A stretch of 64,000 bases of DNA, taken from positions 62,001 through 126,000 of IMG/VR virus record IMGVR_UViG_3300029267_004162. The stretch is one strand, 5' to 3'. The notes below the pieces were generated by a model. That model was not told where the DNA came from. It ran no database searches and was given only the letters and a program-made list of their open reading frames with translations. Each line of letters begins with the position of its first letter. Within the stretch, counting starts at the first letter, position 1. Shown here one piece after another: positions 29,109 through 36,812 of the stretch. The translations under genes and the position numbers were made by a program.

Positions 29109-29768
29109 TTAGACGATTCCAGCACGCTTATTTAGGATATACAGGGCTGATCTAGCTTTTACCATGTTCTTAGTGCCTTCAACTAGTTTGCGAACGACAG
29201 CAATAAGCCATTTGACTGCAGCTTTTGCCATGTCTCGCAATCCGGATTCTACACTAACTTCCAATCTGGTAAATTCGGTTGTTTTTTCCAGACTAGCGTG
29301 CAGAGCATCCATGATTTGTCGTTGGGCAGCACTCAGTTTATTGAAGGCTTTTTCATAGAGAGACTTCCAAGAAACGGTGGTACGCGAGTTTGTTTTGATC
29401 GCGACCAATTGAGAATCAGTTTTGAAGGTTTCAACCTCTGCTTTATCAGCGGCTTTGAGAATTTTGGCCTCTACAGTATCTCGTCTCGCAATCGCTTCTT
29501 CTAGATCCGCTTTCATCTTCCGAATCTTCTCGTTAAAACTTAAAAACTCATCACACAGTTTTTCGACACCCTTCGCATTCTTAATCTTCGTAACTTTGGG
29601 AACTTTTGGTTTCGGAGCCTTGGTAATCTTTTTCTGCACACTTTCGATGTCCAGATCAGATTCCAATTCCTCATCGTCGGGTCGTATCCATTTTGCACGA
29701 TCCCCCTTCTTCTTGGGCTTAACGGCGGATTTGAGCAAAAAACCATTTGTGTCTGAGTATCGAATCAT
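29109..29768 (-). CDS. Basic coiled-coil hypothetical protein (candidate internal head protein)
   Basis: Lys-rich; start moved to MIRYSD. Confidence 0.65.
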   Translation of the reverse strand: MIRYSDTNGFLLKSAVKPKKKGDRAKWIRPDDEELESDLDIESVQKKITKAPKPKVPKVTKIKNAKGVEKLCDEFLSFNEKIRKMKADLEEAIARRDTVEAKILKAADKAEVETFKTDSQLVAIKTNSRTTVSWKSLYEKAFNKLSAAQRQIMDALHASLEKTTEFTRLEVSVESGLRDMAKAAVKWLIAVVRKLVEGTKNMVKARSALYILNKRAGIV

Positions 29769-29772
29769 TTGT

Positions 29773-30135
29773 TCACCTAATAGACCCAAATTCTTTTAGT
29801 TGAACAGCCGCATCAAGATGCTGCTGCATAATCTGAAGGTTACGCATCCCTCTTTCTGTGTAGCTATCTCGATCACGAGATGAAGCCAGCTTAAGTTGCT
29901 TTTCTACTAGCGTTTGTCGCCTTCGAATTTCTGGAAGGTCTAACTTCGCGAGCCAAGCGATCAGCTTTTTGTGCTGGCCCTGAGTGAGTTTCTGAAGATC
30001 ATGCGGATAGTTCCCCCGAGACCAGATCCCCTTGTAAGTCTTGACCGTAATGCCATCTTCAGTTAGCTTAGCGGCAGCACTGAGAAGCAGATGGGCCTTA
30101 GCTTCCAGTTTATCAGCGAGATTATGATGTCGCAT
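29773..30135 (-). CDS. Hypothetical protein with shared N-terminal motif
   Basis: Start moved to MRHHNLADKLEAKAHLLLSAAAKL (SD GAGGA). Confidence 0.65.
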   Translation of the reverse strand: MRHHNLADKLEAKAHLLLSAAAKLTEDGITVKTYKGIWSRGNYPHDLQKLTQGQHKKLIAWLAKLDLPEIRRRQTLVEKQLKLASSRDRDSYTERGMRNLQIMQQHLDAAVQLKEFGSIR

Positions 30136-31126
30136 AAACTTCCTCTCTACACATTCTTTCATCAGGGAAATTGTCGCAGTACCATCCAACATGGCCAGCC
30201 ATTTCTCCGCGACTTAACTCCTTGGGGAGGTTCACCTTGAATATCTTTTTGAAGATAAGCGGATAAATGGTAACTTCAGTTGGAAAAGCCGATCCCACCC
30301 ACGCCAAAGAGGGCATTCCTACTCCAATCATGATAGCGGGAATAACCGCGTTCTCTATGGTTTCAACAATGGCGATGGCCACCCCAATTTTCCAACCGTG
30401 AATCTTAACCATCTCTTTGACATATTTGTAGATGGTCTTGGGATTCATACCATGGATAACCCCTTTACCCACATGCATGATCGTTTCTTCTGTGATTTTG
30501 TGTTCGACTTGGTCGTGAACTCGTCGAATTAGGAGTTTACGTTCAAAGTTGGTTGGTTGTCGCCCCTTCTTCTCTGCAAACTTGTCCACGGCCTCTTGGA
30601 TCTCATTATTCATCACCGCCTTGATCACCTTGGGGGCAACGTGTTCGAGAACTTCATCCATAGCATCATCAATATCCTTGCGGAAGAACTTGACGAATTG
30701 CTTAAGGGCCAGAGGTAACGGTAAGGAAAGAGTCTTCCATAACCGTTTTACAGCTTTGTTATGCTGGAATTTCCTCCCCAGCGTACCTAATTTTCTCTTT
30801 CCTGTCCTAGCCCAATCCCGTAGACCAGCCTCCAGTTCAATCTCTTCTATTAAAGAAACCAATTCTGGAGTCATTTTTATCGACGCATCTACGTCGGCCG
30901 GTTTTTTGTCTAGAATGGCCCGGAGTTTCTTGGAGAGACCCTTCATAAAAGCCTTTAGAACTAGAGAACGGATCTGTTTTGAGTCTAAATCAGTCCCCTC
31001 CTTAAGAATCCTTGCCTGATCAGCAACAGCGTTAACCGCAGCTTGAACCACCTCTTTTTCAATCATATCCGCTGGTTTGTCAGTAGTCTCGGATGTGGCT
31101 TTGGTTTTAGCTTTGCTTTGTGACAT
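30122..31126 (-). CDS. Hypothetical protein with C-terminal hydrophobic hairpin
   Basis: Start moved to MSQSKAK (SD AGGA); IGVAIAIVETIENAVIPAIMIGVGMPSLAWVG; directly downstream of capsid gene. Confidence 0.7.
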   Translation of the reverse strand: MSQSKAKTKATSETTDKPADMIEKEVVQAAVNAVADQARILKEGTDLDSKQIRSLVLKAFMKGLSKKLRAILDKKPADVDASIKMTPELVSLIEEIELEAGLRDWARTGKRKLGTLGRKFQHNKAVKRLWKTLSLPLPLALKQFVKFFRKDIDDAMDEVLEHVAPKVIKAVMNNEIQEAVDKFAEKKGRQPTNFERKLLIRRVHDQVEHKITEETIMHVGKGVIHGMNPKTIYKYVKEMVKIHGWKIGVAIAIVETIENAVIPAIMIGVGMPSLAWVGSAFPTEVTIYPLIFKKIFKVNLPKELSRGEMAGHVGWYCDNFPDERMCREEVYATS

Positions 31127-31140
31127 GTGTGTTTCCTGAT

Positions 31141-31174
31141 AAAATAAAGACCGGTGGGGCCGAAGCCCCACCAG
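31141..31174 (-). terminator. Rho-independent terminator after major capsid gene
   Basis: GGTGGGGC-TTCG-GCCCCACC stem with cUUCGg tetraloop followed by TCTTTATTTT. Confidence 0.9.
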
Positions 31175-31199
31175 TCCAGGGGGAGGAGGAAGGTCTGGT

Positions 31200-32315
31200 C
31201 TAGATCTTCACCCCGCGAGCAATCGCATTGACATTAGGCAGACACGTCGCGTAGATTGACGAGAGGAACCAACCCTTGGCGGGACGACCAATATTGTACT
31301 GGTCAACGGGCTCACTCTTCAATGGCTGACGCACAAAGTGCTTGCCAAGTGACTTCGGTGTACTGAGGAAATAGGTTTCACCCGGACGCAAGACGCGGAG
31401 GTCATGATTGACGAACGCATCAGTAATCAGGGTAACACCCAAAATCGAACCCAAAACACCAGTCAGAACCAACTCATGCTTAGTCACTGGATCGAACCAG
31501 TTGGCGAAATCCGTTTGACCAATGATGTCATTCCAAAGGTCTGAAGCCAGCAGGGCTGTGCTGACAGGCAGACCACGAGACGCGATTAGGTTGCGCAACG
31601 TTTGGAAGAACGCCGGGGTAAAGGTGGAGAAGAAAATTTGGTTTCCACTAGCGCTAACCGCAACATTCAAGAGGCGACGCAATACCGCGTCTTCCTGAAC
31701 CTGCACACGCTCTTGGCCATCTTCCAGGCGCTCGGTGAGGAGATCACCAGCAACTTGGCTGATTTCCTTGTCTTCCACCAGTACATGACTGGTGATGTAA
31801 TACTCTGGCGGGTAGAAATACTGCTCACGAGGAGTGGTAACGAATGGCTTAAAGCCACCCTGACCCTCGACGTGGGCTACCGCCCAATTCTTCCGAATAC
31901 GAGCGCGAGGAAGCTGACCAGCCGCCAATTCAGATTCATCGATGACCCGACGCAGGAAACCCTGACGACGAACGTGATCATAGATCAAATCCGAAACTTC
32001 TTCACCCAAGAGACGCCACTTTTCCCCAGTCGTATCACTGAGTGCTTCAGAAAGCAACTCGATACGCTCTTCCGAAAGAGTTTGAGGGGTCTGTTCCATG
32101 ACTTCGCCGCGAGCGGCCATGTCAATTAGACCATTAATGGCAGAAAGGAGTTCAGTGCGATTACCGGCATTGAATTCGCCATTAGCACCCACCATCGCGG
32201 TGGCTGATTGGCGAACCTTGCCAGTCTTTGGATCCCTGAAGGTACCCTTCAGGGAAGTAACGGGTTCGCCCTTTTTGGTGACGAACTTACGACGATATGG
32301 ATTGTTCACTTTCAT
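31200..32315 (-). CDS. Major capsid protein (HK97-fold, large-phage type)
   Basis: 371 aa from MKVNNPY (SD GAGG); RRQGFLRRV...PPEYYIT...QVQEDAVLRRLL...LGSILGVTLITD pattern; follows scaffold/decoration genes and has its own terminator. Confidence 0.8.
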   Translation of the reverse strand: MKVNNPYRRKFVTKKGEPVTSLKGTFRDPKTGKVRQSATAMVGANGEFNAGNRTELLSAINGLIDMAARGEVMEQTPQTLSEERIELLSEALSDTTGEKWRLLGEEVSDLIYDHVRRQGFLRRVIDESELAAGQLPRARIRKNWAVAHVEGQGGFKPFVTTPREQYFYPPEYYITSHVLVEDKEISQVAGDLLTERLEDGQERVQVQEDAVLRRLLNVAVSASGNQIFFSTFTPAFFQTLRNLIASRGLPVSTALLASDLWNDIIGQTDFANWFDPVTKHELVLTGVLGSILGVTLITDAFVNHDLRVLRPGETYFLSTPKSLGKHFVRQPLKSEPVDQYNIGRPAKGWFLSSIYATCLPNVNAIARGVKI

Positions 32316-32398
32316 ATCCTCACAGTTGTTGGTTAATCGTTCACTAGGTACACGGGTGTGAATCAGTAACAACAGTGAAATTACAGCAGAGATAAATA

Positions 32399-32446
32399 GC
32401 GGGATGAGGATTCGAACCTACGAATAGACCCAGAACATCTTCCCGC
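32399..32446 (-). ncRNA. 48-nt mini tRNA-like element (acceptor + D-like hairpin + T loop, no anticodon arm)
   Basis: GCGGGA/TCCCGC stem enclosing AGAT-GTTCTGG-GTCT and AGG-TTCGAAT-CCT. Confidence 0.45.
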
Positions 32447-32451
32447 GATAC

Positions 32452-32477
32452 AGGTGGGGGCAAAATTGCCCCCACCT
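32452..32477. terminator. Strong GC-rich hairpin (terminator or processing stem)
   Basis: AGGTGGGGGCAA-AA-TTGCCCCCACCT perfect inverted repeat; U-tract weak. Confidence 0.6.
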
Positions 32478-32488
32478 TAAAGTCTTGA

Positions 32489-33040
32489 TTAGTCGTCTTT
32501 TTCCAGCAGCGCTTTCAAAGCCGCTGCAACAGGACGATATCGTTTACTATACTGCTTGATCTTGGCCTTGTTACGCTTGCGGCGTAATTTAGCCAAACGG
32601 TAAGCTTTGGGATCAGTGCGCTTCAGCCCACCACGAGCCGCAGTGCGCTTACGCTTTCTGGCGGCGGCTGCTTTTGCTTTGGCAGAACGTCGTTTGACGC
32701 TCTCCAGACCACTCAGCCAGGTAGCGACTTCCTGAGCGTCGTCTTCGCTACCATCGCTCAGAACATCCAGTACATCGGTAAGGCTGTAATTACTTTCCAA
32801 TTCATCATCACCAGGACTGTCCTGATCATCACCACTGGTAAGATACTCGATGAGATCATCCATCATCTCTTCGTCAGCCATATCGTCGTCGTCGTCTTCA
32901 TCACTGGTCTCTTCTTCATCACGGTTCAGAAGATCCTTGATGTCTTCCTCGTCTAGACCCTCGATGAGTTCATTAACCTCATCCGATGAATCATCCAGAT
33001 CCAGATCGCCGAGAAGTTCCTGCAACATTTCCATATCCAT
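32489..33040 (-). CDS. Acidic/basic bipartite protein (scaffold or internal head protein)
   Basis: Asp/Glu-rich N-terminal two thirds, Lys/Arg-rich tail after LES; SD AGGAG; directly upstream of capsid gene. Confidence 0.65.
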   Translation of the reverse strand: MDMEMLQELLGDLDLDDSSDEVNELIEGLDEEDIKDLLNRDEEETSDEDDDDDMADEEMMDDLIEYLTSGDDQDSPGDDELESNYSLTDVLDVLSDGSEDDAQEVATWLSGLESVKRRSAKAKAAAARKRKRTAARGGLKRTDPKAYRLAKLRRKRNKAKIKQYSKRYRPVAAALKALLEKDD

Positions 33041-33049
33041 GGTTATCTC

Positions 33050-33727
33050 CTATTCATCGTCTTCGTCGTCTTCGTCCTCTGCGTTGAGGAGATTTTGAAG
33101 AATCTCAAAGTCCTCTTCCGCAGAGTCATCATCCGACAAAGCAGCTATTAGGTCGTCTTCAACGGCTTCTAAGGCAATGGATTGACTGTTTTCAACAATT
33201 ACCTTAACTAAGGATTCTTCTCCATCGGCTGAAAGAACACTAGCAATAATGTAACCATCACCCGTAGCCGAATCCAAATTGATGAAGTGAGGATCAACTG
33301 ATTCAGTTAGATTGTCTGGGTTCTTTTCGTCCCAACTTGTCGAAATTAAACCAGCGATAAGGGGGTCTTCTTCAGAATGAGTCTCAAGATCCTCGGAAAT
33401 ACCAAGATCTTCATTAAACTTGAGACTAATTTCCTCGATTTGAGCAGTAATCGTTCCAACCTTGGTGAGTAGTTGCTCTAGTTGTTTAAAAGGAACCGCT
33501 TCAATTGCATTGGCGGCTCTACAAAGAGCACCAGCTTCAAGCTGAATGTCTTCGCTTTCCTTATCATCATTATCTAGAGTATCCCTAGCGGCCGTTAGGA
33601 AGGCGGCTATCGGATTCAAGGCTTCGGATTGCAACTCCTGTACCGCTTTGATAGAGCTTTTTACAACTTTATCGAGGCTGAGAAGAAGGTCCAACTTTGG
33701 TGCAACTCGTTTCATATCGTCGTTCAT
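33050..33727 (-). CDS. Acidic head-assembly/scaffold-like protein
   Basis: 225 aa, helical, acidic tail; SD AGGAGG. Confidence 0.6.
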   Translation of the reverse strand: MNDDMKRVAPKLDLLLSLDKVVKSSIKAVQELQSEALNPIAAFLTAARDTLDNDDKESEDIQLEAGALCRAANAIEAVPFKQLEQLLTKVGTITAQIEEISLKFNEDLGISEDLETHSEEDPLIAGLISTSWDEKNPDNLTESVDPHFINLDSATGDGYIIASVLSADGEESLVKVIVENSQSIALEAVEDDLIAALSDDDSAEEDFEILQNLLNAEDEDDEDDE

Positions 33728-33751
33728 ACTGACCTCCTTTTCTACTACTAA

Positions 33752-34498
33752 TTAGTAGTTGGTGTCGTAAGCAACGCCGAGGAAAGGGTCACCTGCGGTT
33801 GGAAGTTTGATGATCTGCGCATCTGCCCAAGTCCAACCAGTACCGGTTTGAGTTAGAATGGCACCAGCAGTGATCTTAACAGCGGTGTTAAGAGCCCACT
33901 CGGAAGCGGTGTCATACTGTAGTGTGTAAATTTCACACTTACCGGCAAGAATGGGTACCTGCTGGAAGATGTCAGAGGCGTTACGGAAGTCGAACGACTC
34001 GCCGAACAAACTGAGAACCTCAGCCATGGTGGGCTCGTAACGATAAGCAATAACTAGCTCATCATCGGCACTGAATCCACCAAGCAGAGTAATTACACCA
34101 GTTGCGGGGACAAAGGTGAAGTTACCTGGAGGAACCAGGTAAGCTGCAGTGGTCTTGTTGTAGATACTAACCGAACCCACAACAATGTTGGTGTAAGCCA
34201 ACTGAATTACAAACGGAGCAACCGAAGGAACCTGCGCCGTTTCACCAGCTACAGGAACATAAACGGCGGAGGGCTTGTCCACTTGGACCATGCCCAGAAC
34301 TTCTTTGCTGGAGTTGTCAAATGGCTCGACTAGACTACCACCATCTGGGGCGGCGGTACTGGAGCGTTGGGCAACGAGCAAGTCTTGAGTAAATGCGGCT
34401 GAAGAAGCTAGAGGCAATTCATACTTCGCACCAATACGTGAACGAACTGTGTCTAGCATGTATGGGGCGGTATTATACGGGGGCTGTCCACCTGCCAT
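33752..34498 (-). CDS. Head decoration / minor capsid protein
   Basis: 248 aa beta-rich; YTLQYDTASEW...PTAGDPFLGV ending; between scaffold and capsid genes. Confidence 0.6.
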   Translation of the reverse strand: MAGGQPPYNTAPYMLDTVRSRIGAKYELPLASSAAFTQDLLVAQRSSTAAPDGGSLVEPFDNSSKEVLGMVQVDKPSAVYVPVAGETAQVPSVAPFVIQLAYTNIVVGSVSIYNKTTAAYLVPPGNFTFVPATGVITLLGGFSADDELVIAYRYEPTMAEVLSLFGESFDFRNASDIFQQVPILAGKCEIYTLQYDTASEWALNTAVKITAGAILTQTGTGWTWADAQIIKLPTAGDPFLGVAYDTNY

Positions 34499-34508
34499 GT
34501 GTTATCTC

Positions 34509-35360
34509 CTAGTCTTGGGTACCACGAAGAGTTTGACGGAACCGATCACGCACATCTTGCGGTTGCCCGCCGTTTCCAGTTGTCAAACTAACAGAATTGT
34601 CCTCAAGTTGAGAAGCCAGACTCTGAGTATCTTCATTGCCCTCTTCGAGGACAGCAGCACTCATGTCTTTCTTCTCTAACATCCCAATTTGAGATTCCAA
34701 TTCACTCAATGCATCCTCGGACAAATTCATCCATTCTACGGCCTTAGAGACCAGAGTTTGGAGAGTTTCCTGACCACCTTCTTCAAATATACTTTCCACG
34801 ATGGTGTAGGGGTTAGCCACCCCATTGCTGGAAAGGACATCAAAGAAGTGGGCCTTGAGCGGATTGTCCACCAAGTTCTTGGCCATTGCTGAGTTGGCCA
34901 TCTCGGCCGCTCGCGTAAACCGCTTGATGAAGGTGTCCCTAATTTGGCCTTCGTCAACGCCAGATTTTTCAATCTGAACTACATGGCCATTACTGATGAT
35001 ATTCGCCTTAACTGATTCTAAAGCATTCTTCCAAGTGTTCTGAGTCTTGACGGCTTCCAATACCGCCGATTTGTACTCAGAACTGGAAAAATACGAAGCG
35101 ATCGCATCTGAATTGTCCTGATCAGATAGACAGATAGTGGCAACTGGATCAACACCTTCGCAGATGACCCAGGAGACATTTCCATCCTGTGAACGGACCA
35201 TAAACATATCGGTCGATTCGCTGGTATCCAACCGCTTTACTACTTCCGAAAGCAGATTAGTGTCATCGCCTAGTGGGGGTGATCCCACTGGTTCTGCGTC
35301 TGCCTTGATAGCACTAAGACGGCCTTCTACCTCTTCCCGAAGGGCAGAAATATTCGGCAT
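34509..35360 (-). CDS. Putative prohead scaffold/core protein
   Basis: 283 aa acidic helical protein, first gene of the head operon; SD AGGAG. Confidence 0.55.
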   Translation of the reverse strand: MPNISALREEVEGRLSAIKADAEPVGSPPLGDDTNLLSEVVKRLDTSESTDMFMVRSQDGNVSWVICEGVDPVATICLSDQDNSDAIASYFSSSEYKSAVLEAVKTQNTWKNALESVKANIISNGHVVQIEKSGVDEGQIRDTFIKRFTRAAEMANSAMAKNLVDNPLKAHFFDVLSSNGVANPYTIVESIFEEGGQETLQTLVSKAVEWMNLSEDALSELESQIGMLEKKDMSAAVLEEGNEDTQSLASQLEDNSVSLTTGNGGQPQDVRDRFRQTLRGTQD

Positions 35361-35708
35361 TTCAACGCTCCTAACATGGTAACAATTTTTGATGTATGCT
35401 TATATCGCCAAAGAAAATTGGCAGCTAATATCGCCAAAGGAAATTGGCAAGCTGTTACCAGCTCGTGGTAACAAACACTAAAGTTGTATCATCAGGAGAT
35501 GATCTGCGTCGTCTGAGTCGGTCTATCTGACCTCCCAACGATGCAGAAATGGGGAGGGATCACTAAAATTACACCTCTAAAAGAGGCTCACTTCTATTTA
35601 CGAGTGTGTTACAGGAAGGAAATTTGAGGCTAATTGGTAGGCTAAAAACCTACTTGGTACACCGCCGCCTCTTCTTTTCGGGAGAGATTAAGTGGAGCAC
35701 GTTTCTTC
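35361..35708 (-). promoter_or_regulatory. Hairpin-rich non-coding region upstream of the head operon
   Basis: Longest intergenic gap; 22-bp tandem repeat (35402-35423, 35428-35449), TGTTACCA-N5-TGGTAACA palindrome (35453-35473), further short stems. Confidence 0.65.
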
Positions 35709-36407
35709 TTAGCCATTAACCGACTCAATCAAGATATGTAGGTCATTGAGATCGGTGAATTCATGATCTGGCCTGTGGGTGCCAATATCATAAATGCGGT
35801 TGGCTCTATTTACCCACCCACTACAAATACCCGCCCGAATTGCGCCCCCTACGTCACTATATAGTGAATCACCAACATGAATGACGTGTTCACGTCGCCA
35901 GCCAGTAAATTCAAGTGCATCCTCGAAAATGCGTGGATTGGGCTTGTAAGAACGAGAGTCCTCGGATGTTACCACCCCAGTTACTTGAATATCATGCAGT
36001 GCCAACGCCTGATCCACATCGGCTCGGTCAGTATTTGATACTATGCAAATAGGCGTGCAAAAATTCGCCAGAAAAGACCTCACTTCTGGCTGCAACGGTG
36101 GATTCTTACAAGACACGACTAAGGTTTTGACGTATGGAACTGGATCAAGATCAACGATACCTATCGCTGCCATCGTTTCCCGTAACGTTTGCACCTCGAT
36201 CTCGAATAGCGTCAGGAAGTTGCCATCGTTATGATAGTCTACGGCCCTCAAAAACTTTTCACCCCAGGCAACACTAAGCTTGGATGGTGACAATTCGATG
36301 CCCGTATCTCTAATGATGGTGGCACATACCATCTCAACAGCGGCGCGATCACCAGCCGTGAGCGTCCCATACATATCCATGAATACGCCATCAAATCTCG
36401 TCATCAT
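35709..36407 (-). CDS. HAD-superfamily (subfamily IA) hydrolase
   Basis: DMYGTL, VSN, YKPNPRIF, HVGDSLYSDVGGA motifs. Confidence 0.9.
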   Translation of the reverse strand: MMTRFDGVFMDMYGTLTAGDRAAVEMVCATIIRDTGIELSPSKLSVAWGEKFLRAVDYHNDGNFLTLFEIEVQTLRETMAAIGIVDLDPVPYVKTLVVSCKNPPLQPEVRSFLANFCTPICIVSNTDRADVDQALALHDIQVTGVVTSEDSRSYKPNPRIFEDALEFTGWRREHVIHVGDSLYSDVGGAIRAGICSGWVNRANRIYDIGTHRPDHEFTDLNDLHILIESVNG

Positions 36408-36427
36408 CTCGTCATCATCTCGTCATC
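36395..36427. repeat. Three exact 11-bp tandem copies (ATCTCGTCATC) across the HAD start codon
   Basis: Read directly: 36395-36405, 36406-36416, 36417-36427. Confidence 0.9.
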
Positions 36428-36437
36428 GAGTAACAGT

Positions 36438-36812
36438 TTATGGTCTGGATTCATCAATTGCCTTTTGTTCTACCACTTGCGGACCTTTGTTGACTAGACG
36501 AATGCAACACTTTTTAAATTTCTTTCCGCTACCACAGGGACACGGGCGATTACGCAAACAATTCTTAACCTGTCTTATCTCGGTTACATCTTTATTCTGA
36601 CAAGCCTTGTCATATGCTTTCTGTAAACGAGGCTTTAAAGCCCCCTCGTCTTCTTCCCCTATAAACTCTCTCGTTACCCTTTTGGCTTCTGTTATATTTC
36701 CGGCGACTTCACTTTCAGAGGTGGTACCGCCCGGACTGGTTCTGTCAACGCTGGTTTCTTCATGCATTTTTGTTGTTCCTTTATTCGTTGTTTTTCTGCT
36801 TGTTTTAACCAA
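36438..36812 (-). CDS. SEC-C motif protein (start uncertain; overlaps TGT 3' end)
   Basis: RNRPCPCGSGKKFKKCC. Confidence 0.75.
   Translation of the reverse strand: MVKTSRKTTNKGTTKMHEETSVDRTSPGGTTSESEVAGNITEAKRVTREFIGEEDEGALKPRLQKAYDKACQNKDVTEIRQVKNCLRNRPCPCGSGKKFKKCCIRLVNKGPQVVEQKAIDESRP

Noticed and set aside
35402-35473. CRISPR array
   Set aside because: Only two 22-bp copies separated by 4 bp; no spacers and no cas genes
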